From Deinococcales bacterium (GTDB lineage: Bacteria; Deinococcota; Deinococci; Deinococcales; JAAFIG01), in assembly GCA_031414595.1 (NCBI GenBank), contig JANNVX010000102.1:1-47416 (forward strand): a DNA stretch of 47,416 nucleotides, written 5' to 3'. Below, piece by piece: positions 37,537 to 46,368 of this stretch. Both the position numbers and the translations under genes were made by a program. The notes under the pieces are model-generated. The model saw only the letters and a program-made list of their open reading frames with translations. It ran no database searches and was not told where the DNA came from. Every line of letters starts with the position of its first letter. Positions within the stretch are counted from its first letter, which is position 1.

Positions 37537-37859
37537 CGCCAGACCAAACCGCAATTCTAGCTGTACTCGAGCCAATGAAGCTCTGGAGTACGCCTTATGC
37601 CAAATTGCGTTACGAAATAGTTTCTGATTTCGCACATCAGCATTTTCAGGTGTGTATGACAGGTTGGGATGGCATAACTCGAGTTCATAGTTTACTAGTG
37701 CATATTGTTATTCGAGATGATTTGGTTTGGCTAGAAGAAGACCTAACCGATGCTGATATTGCTGAGCAACTGGTGCAAGCTGGAATTACTCGAGACCGAA
37801 TTGTACTGGGTTTTCAAGCACCATATAAACGCGGCATGTACGGCTTTGCACAAGGGTAA
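37521..37859 (+). CDS. xisI: XisI-family protein
   Basis: GWDG.RVH, LVWLEEDLTD, LVQAGI...IVLGFQAPYKR. Confidence 0.92.
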   Translation: MDQQLTPDQTAILAVLEPMKLWSTPYAKLRYEIVSDFAHQHFQVCMTGWDGITRVHSLLVHIVIRDDLVWLEEDLTDADIAEQLVQAGITRDRIVLGFQAPYKRGMYGFAQG

Positions 37860-37860
37860 A

Positions 37861-38733
37861 ATGGTGGACTTGCTTGGTGTGCCAATTATCAATGCGACGC
37901 TTGAGGCTTGGGCAAAGATCTTTGTTTTTGAACTCGAGCCACTATTTCTTGACCAGCCAATGCTTTTAGCGCTCGAGGAAATCCCACTGATTTACTCGAG
38001 ACCAGATTTTAATGTTTGGCTTGGTTCTCAACCGCTTGAGTACAAAGATGCTTACCGTTTTTGGAATGTTAAATTGGATGCGGTTGTTTTGCTGACCAGC
38101 CAAGAATTTAATTTATTGCCTCGAGTGCTACAAAAAAAATTGAATGCAGTACAAATCAAAGCCAAACGCGGTTTAGTTTTTACTATAGCCGAGGCAGAAG
38201 GCTTTGGTGTACCTGCCGAGTTCTTAAAACGCGATTCTTACAAAGACCATTTTATTTTGCGTTTTGATGCGTGGTGGTCGTTGACTCGAGCGCAACGTTT
38301 TTTTTGGCTTCGTGCTTTTGTATCTGAAGGTCTTTCTATGAAAAGTGTGTACGCTCATCCATTGATGCGTTTTTTCCCAAGTAGTGGTGCAAATTGTTTT
38401 GCTACTGCTTTAGCTGCTACAGAAAAAATTTCTACTCGAGCGGTCAGTATTGCAAGGTTATGGGTGACTGAAACGGTTTTTCAAGCTCAACTTGAGGCTC
38501 GAGGGTATCAGCCAAGGGCATTTCATGACTCGGATTATCAGCGATACACAGTCTTAACTTGGCATGACTCGAGCGGAAAAATGGTTCATGCAGCAACTTG
38601 TTTAGGCAATGATTTATGGCTAAATAAGGATTCCCAAGCGTGGTTTTCGCCCGTGCAGGTGCTAAGTTCAGCTATGCTTTTGGAGCGTTGGAACGAACCT
38701 GAACTCGAGAAAAAGATTTGGGTAAAGTCGTGA
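37861..38733 (+). CDS. Hypothetical protein with a putative C-terminal papain-like Cys/His site
   Basis: ATG 37861; GANCFATA...VHAA...NKDSQAWFSP. Confidence 0.7.
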   Translation: MVDLLGVPIINATLEAWAKIFVFELEPLFLDQPMLLALEEIPLIYSRPDFNVWLGSQPLEYKDAYRFWNVKLDAVVLLTSQEFNLLPRVLQKKLNAVQIKAKRGLVFTIAEAEGFGVPAEFLKRDSYKDHFILRFDAWWSLTRAQRFFWLRAFVSEGLSMKSVYAHPLMRFFPSSGANCFATALAATEKISTRAVSIARLWVTETVFQAQLEARGYQPRAFHDSDYQRYTVLTWHDSSGKMVHAATCLGNDLWLNKDSQAWFSPVQVLSSAMLLERWNEPELEKKIWVKS

Positions 38734-39764
38734 AAACAACTTTTGTTAGTTTAAGCCTTCGCACCGTCCTAGTGCTTTTTGTGGCTGCCATTACCTTGTT
38801 TCCGATTATTGGAATTGTCTATTTTCTGATTTCCACAGGTACATTTCGCTTTGAAGCATGGCTGCCAATTTGGATGGTCTTGGTAACGCTGTTTTCGGTG
38901 CTGAACGGAATTATTGTTTCCAATACTTTGCTTAAACCCATTTTTGTGCTGCGTGACGAGTTAAAAAAATTAGCCAACCGCAAAGAACGTCTTGCCAGTC
39001 TCGAGATTGACGCGGGGACTGAGCATCCAATCGAGGTGCGAACCCTGCGTCAAGCCTTTGCTAATCTGCTCGAGGCACTGCGTGAAGAAAATCAGAAACG
39101 TGGGGCGTTTATGGCGACGCTGGTACATGACTTAAAAACCCCGATTATCGCGGCGAATCATGCCTTAAGTGCTATTGAACATAACGATGCACTGACCAAA
39201 GCTGAACGGGTGATGTTGGTCAAAAACATTCAAAACGAGAACGAAGCACTGTTGGCGTTGGTGCAGAAAATGGTGGATGCCAACCGTTTTGAACGTGATG
39301 ATGTCGAGTTGCAACTCGAGCCAAGCGATTTACGTCCAATGACAGAAATTCTTATTCAACGTCTTTCCAATCAAGCCAAAGAACGCAATATCAGCATCAC
39401 ACTCGAGGGAGACGGGACAGCTTTGGTGGCTAAAAAAGAACTTGAACGGGCTTTGCAGAATTTACTCGACAACGCCATTCGCTATGCCCAATCTAAAGTG
39501 ACCATCAAAATTGAGGATGCTCGAGTCACGGTAACGGATGATGGCGCAGGTTTGCCAGCCAGCTTAGAGCAACTCTGTAAACCTTTTAATTCCGAACGGG
39601 TGCAAATGGCTGGGCGTGAGTACACCAGTGGTACGGGCGGACTGGGTTTATTTATTGTCTCGAGAATAGCCGAGTTGCACGGCGGAACTTTGGAACATCT
39701 ACCCACCCTATCGGGGGCTAGTCTTCAGGTTTGCTTACAAAGCACTCATGGTAGTGTATCTTAA
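38730..39764 (+). CDS. Sensor histidine kinase
   Basis: 2 TM, HAMP-like region, H-box LVHDLKTP, NLLDNAIRY, DDGAG, GGLGL; GTGA overlap start. Confidence 0.95.
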   Translation: MKTTFVSLSLRTVLVLFVAAITLFPIIGIVYFLISTGTFRFEAWLPIWMVLVTLFSVLNGIIVSNTLLKPIFVLRDELKKLANRKERLASLEIDAGTEHPIEVRTLRQAFANLLEALREENQKRGAFMATLVHDLKTPIIAANHALSAIEHNDALTKAERVMLVKNIQNENEALLALVQKMVDANRFERDDVELQLEPSDLRPMTEILIQRLSNQAKERNISITLEGDGTALVAKKELERALQNLLDNAIRYAQSKVTIKIEDARVTVTDDGAGLPASLEQLCKPFNSERVQMAGREYTSGTGGLGLFIVSRIAELHGGTLEHLPTLSGASLQVCLQSTHGSVS

Positions 39765-39768
39765 GTAA

Positions 39769-40356
39769 ATGCCCTTAAGAGTCATCATTGTAGACGATCA
39801 CCCACTTTTTAGGGTTGGACTAAGTTATGCCCTCAAAACCCTCGAGTTTGATGTGATTGCCGAAGCAGTAGACGGGGCGGATGGTCTGCGGCGTTGTCTC
39901 GAGTTGCGTCCAGATGCGGTGCTACTGGATGCCAAAATGCCCAATATGGATGGCTTAGAGGCGTGTCGGCAAATTCATGCAGCACTACCAAACACCCGAA
40001 TTTTAATGCTGACCACTTTTTCCGAAGCTGCCCTAGTACAAGCTGCCAAAGACGCTGGCGCAATTGGTTTTGTCTCCAAAGACACCGAAGCCCCGCGCCT
40101 AGCTGACCTTATTCGTAGAGCCGTAACAGACCCTACATTTATGATTTTCCCAAAAATAGATTTACCAAAATTATCCAACCGTGAACTCGAGGTACTAAGA
40201 AGCATGGTACTCGGTAAAAGCAACAAAGAAATCGCTAAAGAACTCGGACTTAGCCCAGACACCATCAAAGACCATTTAGAAAATGTCTATCGTAAACTTG
40301 AAGCCCAAGACCGTGTAACCGCCAGTCAACGCGCTAGGGACTTGGGCTTTGTTTAG
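39769..40356 (+). CDS. NarL/LuxR-family response regulator
   Basis: VDDHP, LLDAKMP, LSNRELEVL...GKSNKEIA. Confidence 0.96.
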   Translation: MPLRVIIVDDHPLFRVGLSYALKTLEFDVIAEAVDGADGLRRCLELRPDAVLLDAKMPNMDGLEACRQIHAALPNTRILMLTTFSEAALVQAAKDAGAIGFVSKDTEAPRLADLIRRAVTDPTFMIFPKIDLPKLSNRELEVLRSMVLGKSNKEIAKELGLSPDTIKDHLENVYRKLEAQDRVTASQRARDLGFV

Positions 40357-40369
40357 GGGCTAGGAGGAA

Positions 40370-40424
40370 AGAGGAAGGATAAAAGAGGAAAACCCCTTCC
40401 TCCTTCCTCTTTTATCTTTCCTCT
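40370..40424. terminator. Purine/pyrimidine inverted repeat between convergent genes (probable terminator)
   Basis: AGAGGAAGGATAAAAGAGGAA ... TTCCTCTTTTATCTTTCCTCT (20/21 Watson-Crick). Confidence 0.6.
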
Positions 40425-40428
40425 GCTC

Positions 40429-41925
40429 TTAATGCTTAAAGTGTCTCGAGCCAGTGAAAACCATCGCCACACCAAGTTCGTCGCAAGCCGCAATCACTTC
40501 AGGGTCTCGTTTTGCTCCGCCAGGTTGGAGGATGGCGGTTACGCCAGCTTTTGCGGCGAGGCGTACCACATCATCAAAGGGGAAGAAGGCTTCTGAAGTC
40601 ATAACTGCGCCAATCGCTTTTTCACCAGCGTTGATAAAGGCGCGTTCGGCTGCCCAGATTCGGCTGACTGCACCAGCCCCTAAGCCCACAGTGACACCGT
40701 TCTTGGCAATCACCACATTGTTGCTTCGGGCATGTTTGCCAACATAAAAAGCAAACTCGAGGTCTTGCCATTCTTGGGGGGTCGGTTGGCGCGTTGTAAC
40801 CGTTTGGGGGTTCAGGTCTGCCCAAATTCTCGAGTCACGGTTTTGGACTAAAAAGCCACCAGTTATTTGTTTGTACTCGAGGCTTGAGAATTGGTTTTTT
40901 TCAGCTTCTAAGACCCGTAAATCTGGTTTTTTACTTTTGAACCACTCGAGTGCTTCTGGACTGATTTCTGGGGCGATTAAAACCTCTAAGAATGTGCCTT
41001 TGGTACTCTGCGCGACTTCTAAAGTCACGGTGCGGTTCAGGGCGACCACACCGCCAAAGACCGATAGCGTGTCGGCATCCCTTGCAGACTCCCAAGCGAG
41101 TTGGGCATTTTCGGCTAAGGCAACACCGCAGGGGTTGGCATGTTTGACTGCCACACAAGCGGGACTCGAGAATTCGCTGACCAATTGCCAAGCGGCATCG
41201 GCATCGGCGTAATTGTTGTAGCCCATCTCTTTGCCAGCCAGTACCGTAGCATCCAGTACCGCGCCTTTTTCGTGACCAAAACGGTACAGGGCAGCTTGTT
41301 GGTGTGGGTTTTCGCCGTATCGCAGGGTTTTTATCTGGCTTAACTCGAGCGGTTGCTGGGCGTTAAAAGTCTGAGTTGATAAATATGTGGCAATGGCTGC
41401 ATCGTAACTGCTGGTGTGAGCAAAGGCTTTACGGGCAAGATTTTGACGGGTTTCTAGGTCTGGACTAAGATTCTCGAGAATGCTTGGGTAATCGTTTGGG
41501 TCTACAACAACAATCACATTGAAGAAATTCTTTGCCGAAGCCCGAATCATCGCAGGACCACCAATGTCAATGTTCTCGAGCGCTTCATCTAAGGTCACGT
41601 TTTGAGCAATTGTTTCGCGGAACGGATATAAGTTGACACAGACCAAATCAAAGCGTTCGATACCGTGAGTCTCGAGTTCACTGTTGTGTTCAGGGGTGTT
41701 CCTTGCCAGAATCCCAGCATGGATTTTTGGATGTAGGGTTTTGACTCGTCCATCTAAAATCTCTGGAAAACCTGTCACATCCGAGACATACTGCACTGCC
41801 AATCCCGCTTTTTGCAGGCTGGAAAACGTCCCACCCGTGGAGACCAAAGTAAAACCTTGTGCGATTAAACCAGAAGCAAATTCGATTAAACCAGATTTAT
41901 CGCTAACACTCAGTAACGCCCGCAT
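40429..41925 (-). CDS. purH: Bifunctional AICAR formyltransferase/IMP cyclohydrolase
   Basis: MRALLSVSDK, GRVKTLHP, IDIGGP, LRYGENPHQ, KHANPCG, RHFKH; start ATG 41925 after GAGG. Confidence 0.97.
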   Translation of the reverse strand: MRALLSVSDKSGLIEFASGLIAQGFTLVSTGGTFSSLQKAGLAVQYVSDVTGFPEILDGRVKTLHPKIHAGILARNTPEHNSELETHGIERFDLVCVNLYPFRETIAQNVTLDEALENIDIGGPAMIRASAKNFFNVIVVVDPNDYPSILENLSPDLETRQNLARKAFAHTSSYDAAIATYLSTQTFNAQQPLELSQIKTLRYGENPHQQAALYRFGHEKGAVLDATVLAGKEMGYNNYADADAAWQLVSEFSSPACVAVKHANPCGVALAENAQLAWESARDADTLSVFGGVVALNRTVTLEVAQSTKGTFLEVLIAPEISPEALEWFKSKKPDLRVLEAEKNQFSSLEYKQITGGFLVQNRDSRIWADLNPQTVTTRQPTPQEWQDLEFAFYVGKHARSNNVVIAKNGVTVGLGAGAVSRIWAAERAFINAGEKAIGAVMTSEAFFPFDDVVRLAAKAGVTAILQPGGAKRDPEVIAACDELGVAMVFTGSRHFKH

Positions 41926-41943
41926 AATTACCTCTTCTCGAGC

Positions 41944-42017
41944 GACCCAGGCGAGCGATCTTTTATAAGCCTTGATTTCCCCACGGATTGCCCGTGTTCT
42001 TCGCCAGTTACCAAAGC
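41944..42017 (-). ncRNA. ZMP/ZTP (pfl) riboswitch
   Basis: Minus strand: GCUUUGGU-AACUGGCGAA...CACGG/CCGUG-GGGA...GAUCGCUCGCCUGGGUC. Shows the GGCG/CGCC pseudoknot and CUGGG core. TACAAT lies just upstream; purH is a canonical target. Confidence 0.85.
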
Positions 42018-42112
42018 AAAAAAATTGTACTCGAGACTTGAATACTTGGCTAGGGACATAACCAAATTCTACAGACATCCAAATGGTTTGGTAAAAGCGT
42101 ATACACTATTGT

Positions 42113-42724
42113 ATGAAAAACTTAAATCGTCGGAATTTCGTTAAAGTCCTCGCGGCTGCACTGCCTGTTGGTGTGGCAATGGATTTAGGGTCTCGAGCCT
42201 TAGCCCAGAGTACGGCTGGGGATGTTGAAATCCTTAATTTAGCACTGACTGCCGAATACCTCGCTACTGATATTTATTATAAGGTCGTGCTTTGTGGTTT
42301 TGACGGACTGGTCAAAGAGTACATAGATGCCGCCAGAGACCAAGAAAACGAACATGTGCTGGCATTGCAAAACACGATTCGCGCCCTTGGTGGCACAGTT
42401 GCCAAACGCCCAGAATTTGTCTACCCAGTTGAATTTAATTCTAAGACCCAAATTCCAGTGCTGCGGGTGATGAACGCCCTTGAGGATGCTTTTGTTGGCG
42501 CGTACCTAGGCGCACTGCCTTTAATTCAAAATAAGGACGTTTTAGCCGCCGCCGGAGCAATCATGGGCAACGAAGCCACGCATCGCTGCCTGATTCGCCA
42601 AAGTCGAATTAACCTCGGTGACAGCACCGTGACTGGTTTACAAGTTGGCAATGACCGAGCTTATGAAAAAGCCATCACCCCAGCCCAAGCGCTGGCGGCG
42701 GTTGGCGGGTTTGTAAAGAAATAG
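42113..42724 (+). CDS. Ferritin-like domain protein with Tat signal
   Basis: NRRNFVK twin-arginine signal; ILNLALTAEYL, ENEH, LED..VGAY, EATH. Confidence 0.9.
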   Translation: MKNLNRRNFVKVLAAALPVGVAMDLGSRALAQSTAGDVEILNLALTAEYLATDIYYKVVLCGFDGLVKEYIDAARDQENEHVLALQNTIRALGGTVAKRPEFVYPVEFNSKTQIPVLRVMNALEDAFVGAYLGALPLIQNKDVLAAAGAIMGNEATHRCLIRQSRINLGDSTVTGLQVGNDRAYEKAITPAQALAAVGGFVKK

Positions 42725-42735
42725 AGTTAGAAGCT

Positions 42736-42776
42736 AAAAAAGCTAAAAGGTAGAGTTTTTGCCTTTTAGCTTTTTT
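42736..42776. terminator. Bidirectional intrinsic terminator
   Basis: AAAAAAGCTAAAAGG ... CCTTTTAGCTTTTTT between convergent genes. Confidence 0.75.
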
Positions 42777-42782
42777 GTTTCT

Positions 42783-43952
42783 CTAGATTCCTAAAATATA
42801 CGGCATGTCCTGAATTGGCGTGGTAACTCGAGCGCCATTCTCAAGAATCAGGACATTCACTTCGGTACGAATCCCAAGGTGTTCTAAGTACACACCCGGT
42901 TCAATCGTTACGGCAGTGCGTGGCACAAGCAGACGTGTGTCGTGGGTCTCGAGGTTGTCGAGGTTCGCGCCGTCGCCGTGGGCATGGTTGCGTCCTAGGC
43001 TGTGTCCGAGTCGGTGGGTGAAGGCATCACCATAACCAGCAGTGTCAATGATGTCGCGGGCGGCTTTGTCTGCCATCCAGCCTTGCAGTGTACCGTTTGG
43101 TTTGGTCAGCATTTCTATTGCAATGTCTCTTGCGGCTGCCACGCACTCCCAGATTTTAAGGTATTCGGCGGTGGGCTGCCCCGCAAAGCCAACAAAAGTT
43201 ACATCTGCCATTGGACGGTCTGGCAGCCCCGCCCATAAATCTATCAGCACGCACTGCCCCATCTCGAGGGTGCGGTTTGATTCTGGGGTGATTTCGTAGT
43301 GCGGGTCGCCAGCGTGACCACCAAAACTAACGTTAGCTGGGTGGTCGGCTTGTAAACCATCCTCGAGGAAGCATTGCATGATCAGGTTCTGGACTTCGAG
43401 TTCGGTGATGGCTTCTTTGGCTTTAAGCCTTTGGTCAATCAAGGCAAAGGCGGCATCTTTAGCGCGGATGACGGCGGTTGCGGCTTGATTGTGGGCGGCT
43501 TCGTCGGCATCATCCCATGTCAGCCATTGTTGCAGTAAATCGGCACTTGAGACAATTTCTACTCCATGTTCACGCACCCGTTCAAGTGTTCCAGCATCTA
43601 TGCGGCTGACATATGGGACTGCACCGCGAGGACTGTATTCCATAGCGATTTTTTTCTGACCCGCGAGGATTTTGGCTAAAGCCGCATCAAGTTCTTGGTG
43701 GCTCGAGTAGACGATGTAGTTGAGATTTTGCGTGGCGGTCAGTTTTTTCCAAGTTCCCGCTTCGATGCGGTGGCAAATTAGGCTTGGTGTGCCGCTACTT
43801 GGCAGATATAAAAACCAGCGTCTCGAGAGGAAGCTCTTGCCAGACATACCAAGCAGTTGTAAGGAGAGTGGGTTAATACCGCGAAAATCGTAGAGTAACC
43901 AGCCGTCAAGGTTAGCTTCTTTCGCCGCCAATCCAATTTTTTCTAAGTTCAT
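42783..43952 (-). CDS. M24-family (Xaa-Pro) metallopeptidase
   Basis: DPHY, LIDLW, ADVT, HRLGHSLG, TIEPGVY, GIRTE. Confidence 0.93.
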   Translation of the reverse strand: MNLEKIGLAAKEANLDGWLLYDFRGINPLSLQLLGMSGKSFLSRRWFLYLPSSGTPSLICHRIEAGTWKKLTATQNLNYIVYSSHQELDAALAKILAGQKKIAMEYSPRGAVPYVSRIDAGTLERVREHGVEIVSSADLLQQWLTWDDADEAAHNQAATAVIRAKDAAFALIDQRLKAKEAITELEVQNLIMQCFLEDGLQADHPANVSFGGHAGDPHYEITPESNRTLEMGQCVLIDLWAGLPDRPMADVTFVGFAGQPTAEYLKIWECVAAARDIAIEMLTKPNGTLQGWMADKAARDIIDTAGYGDAFTHRLGHSLGRNHAHGDGANLDNLETHDTRLLVPRTAVTIEPGVYLEHLGIRTEVNVLILENGARVTTPIQDMPYILGI

Positions 43953-43999
43953 ACTTCATAGTTTACCGTTTTTGAGGTATCTCGCGTATACTCGAGCCA

Positions 44000-45949
44000 A
44001 TGGACATTAACTATGCGTTGCAAAAAGTTTTTCGCCTGACTGAATTTCGTGTCGGGCAACGCGAAGTGATAGAAGCAGCAACGGCTGGCTTGGATGTCCT
44101 TGGGGTGATGCCAACAGGGGCGGGTAAGAGCCTGACCTATCAATTACCAGCCGTGGTGGCGACCGGTCTAACGGTGGTGGTCAGCCCTTTAATTGCTTTA
44201 ATGCGTGACCAAGTTGCCAGTCTCGAGAAACTTGGAATTAAAGCTATAGCACTGCATTCTGGTTTGTCGGAAGACGAGCAAACACAAGCCTTACAAAAAG
44301 CCTCGAGTGTCAAAATGCTTTACCTTGCCCCCGAGCGGCTGCGCTCACAAGTCGTTTTGGAGCATTTACAAAAAATCAGTATTTCACGTCTGGTGGTAGA
44401 TGAAGCTCACTGTGTTTCGCAATGGGGGCATGATTTTCGTCCAGATTACCAATTGTTACAGGAGGCTCGAGTAGCCCTTGGTCATCCGCCAGTCACGGCT
44501 GTGACCGCCACTGCCACCAAAGCGGTTCAACGTGACATTGTGGCTTCCTTAAAACTCGAGCAGCCATTTACCTTGGTGACTGGCTTTAATCGTCCAAACT
44601 TGGCTTACCGAGTCTGGGAAGTGCTGGGCGAAGCCACGAAACTCGAGGCACTGCGCGATTTAATCACCCGTTTGCCCAAGCCCGGTTTGGTTTACGCGGG
44701 TACGCGCCGCGAAGCCGAGGATTTGGCTTTAGAATTGCAAAGCTGGGGCATTAAAGCCAGTCCGTATCACGCTGCCCTCGAGACAAGCACCCGAAATGCC
44801 GTACAGGATGCCTTTAAGGTCGGTAAAATAGAAGTCGTGATTGCCACCAATGCTTTTGGCATGGGGGTGGACAAAAAAGATGTGCGCTTTGTGATTCATT
44901 ACCGCATTCCGGGGACTTTAGAAGCCTATTACCAAGAAGCTGGACGGGCTGGACGCGACGGTAAACCTGCCCAGTGCTGGTTGTTGTTTGACCCCAAAGA
45001 CAAGGATTTACAGGCTCATTTTATTGAAACCAGTACGCCTAGTCAGCATGAATTAAAACGCTTGTGGGCGTATTTTCATGCGGCAAGGGATGCACAGAAT
45101 CAGATCTCGATTCGGATTCTTGATTTGGAGCGCAATTTGCAGATTCCAAGTAATAAAATTCGAGTCGCCTATAATCACCTCGAGACGGTTGGGGCATTGG
45201 AGCGCCTAGCTGCTCAAGGTGGTTTTTTAAGAGCTAAAATTGCCGAGACTGCCCCTAATTTTCGGGTCAAAGCCTTAGAAGAATTAAAGCACCACAAGAC
45301 CCAGATGCTCGAGCAGATACTTGGTTTTGCGGCGGGCAAGACTTGCCGAGCCAAAGCCATTCTCGAGTATTTTGGCGAAGAAACACCGTTTGGTACTTGC
45401 GAACAATGCGACCTTGAAATTCCCAATCCAATGCCGATTTGGACGCGCCGAACCTTGGAGCATTTACGCGGTGTGACCTCAGATTTTTTTAAGAAACCCA
45501 ATTTGGTACGGATTGTCAAAGAAGTCAACCCAGCCTTTAGCAACCCAGAAGCGGAGCGCTTACTCGAGCTACTGCGTGCCGATGGGTATTTGGACAGCAC
45601 CCAACGGTTGACCGCCAAAGCCTTGGAGGACTTAGAACAAGTTGTGGAAATCCAAAAAAGTATTGCGCCAGACCTACCAGACAATGTGCTTGAAGATTAC
45701 CAAACGGGTTTGAGTATTGCAGAAATTGCTCAGAAAAACGGAGTCAATGCAGTGGCAATCGAAAAACGCCTCGAGCGAGCGTTAGAAAAAGGTGAACTCG
45801 AGCCAAGTCAGTGTATTAGTTCGCCTCGGCTCGAGCAGGTGCGGCTGGTGGCAGATGAAATTGGCTTTTCACCGTTAGCCAAGCTCAGTGCTGCCTTGCC
45901 GAAATTCTCGAAGCTCGAGCTAAAAGCGGCGCGGTTGCTGCTCGAGTGA
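44000..45949 (+). CDS. recQ: RecQ-family ATP-dependent DNA helicase
   Basis: MPTGAGKS, VDEAHCVSQWGHDFRP, ATNAFGMGVD, QEAGRAGRDG; C-terminal HTH and no obvious HRDC. Orthology to the main recQ is uncertain. Confidence 0.93.
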   Translation: MDINYALQKVFRLTEFRVGQREVIEAATAGLDVLGVMPTGAGKSLTYQLPAVVATGLTVVVSPLIALMRDQVASLEKLGIKAIALHSGLSEDEQTQALQKASSVKMLYLAPERLRSQVVLEHLQKISISRLVVDEAHCVSQWGHDFRPDYQLLQEARVALGHPPVTAVTATATKAVQRDIVASLKLEQPFTLVTGFNRPNLAYRVWEVLGEATKLEALRDLITRLPKPGLVYAGTRREAEDLALELQSWGIKASPYHAALETSTRNAVQDAFKVGKIEVVIATNAFGMGVDKKDVRFVIHYRIPGTLEAYYQEAGRAGRDGKPAQCWLLFDPKDKDLQAHFIETSTPSQHELKRLWAYFHAARDAQNQISIRILDLERNLQIPSNKIRVAYNHLETVGALERLAAQGGFLRAKIAETAPNFRVKALEELKHHKTQMLEQILGFAAGKTCRAKAILEYFGEETPFGTCEQCDLEIPNPMPIWTRRTLEHLRGVTSDFFKKPNLVRIVKEVNPAFSNPEAERLLELLRADGYLDSTQRLTAKALEDLEQVVEIQKSIAPDLPDNVLEDYQTGLSIAEIAQKNGVNAVAIEKRLERALEKGELEPSQCISSPRLEQVRLVADEIGFSPLAKLSAALPKFSKLELKAARLLLE

Positions 45950-46041
45950 GCATAGAATAGGAAACACCATGACCTCACTCCAAGCCCCAAGCGACCCAAG
46001 CCCGACAGGTGTATCTTTAGGGTCAAGAAGTCAAGCCGCTC

Positions 46042-46333
46042 CAAGCGGCTGTTAATAAGTTTAATGGAGTCTCGAGTATGAGTAGAAAGGGGAATTGTTG
46101 GGATAATGCTGTTGTGGAGAGCTTCTTTGGTACAATGAAACTCGAGTTAGGCTTAGATAAGGTTATTGGGTCTTGAGAGGTCACTAAAGCTGTGGTGTTC
46201 GAGTGGATTGAGGTGTTCTATAATCGGAAACGGCTGCACTCCACAATTGGCTATAAATCACCTGTTGAGTTCGAGGAATGCTGGACTCAAGCTCAAGTAC
46301 CGACCTTCATGTCCACGACATCTTGACAATTCA
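46042..46333 (+). mobile_element. IS3-family remnant (3' transposase fragment with internal stop, plus right IR)
   Basis: [24 protein letters not shown]...*...[18 protein letters not shown]-like TGTCCACGACATCTTGACAATTCA at 46310-46333. Confidence 0.9.
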
Positions 46334-46368
46334 AACTTCTGTTTTTAATGTAATAGGGAGAGGCTGTA

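Noticed and set aside
37116-37864. TAAAATGG as a target-site duplication around xisHI
   Set aside because: It is only 8 bp and the same stop-start junction also follows gcvT, so it may be a common coupling motif.
41926-42078. 51-aa N-terminal extension of PurH
   Set aside because: It overlaps the riboswitch and promoter; the conserved PurH start is MRALLSVSDK with its own RBS.
46174-46176. In-frame TGA as recoding (selenocysteine/readthrough)
   Set aside because: It lies in a 5'-truncated IS3 fragment; simple pseudogenisation is sufficient.
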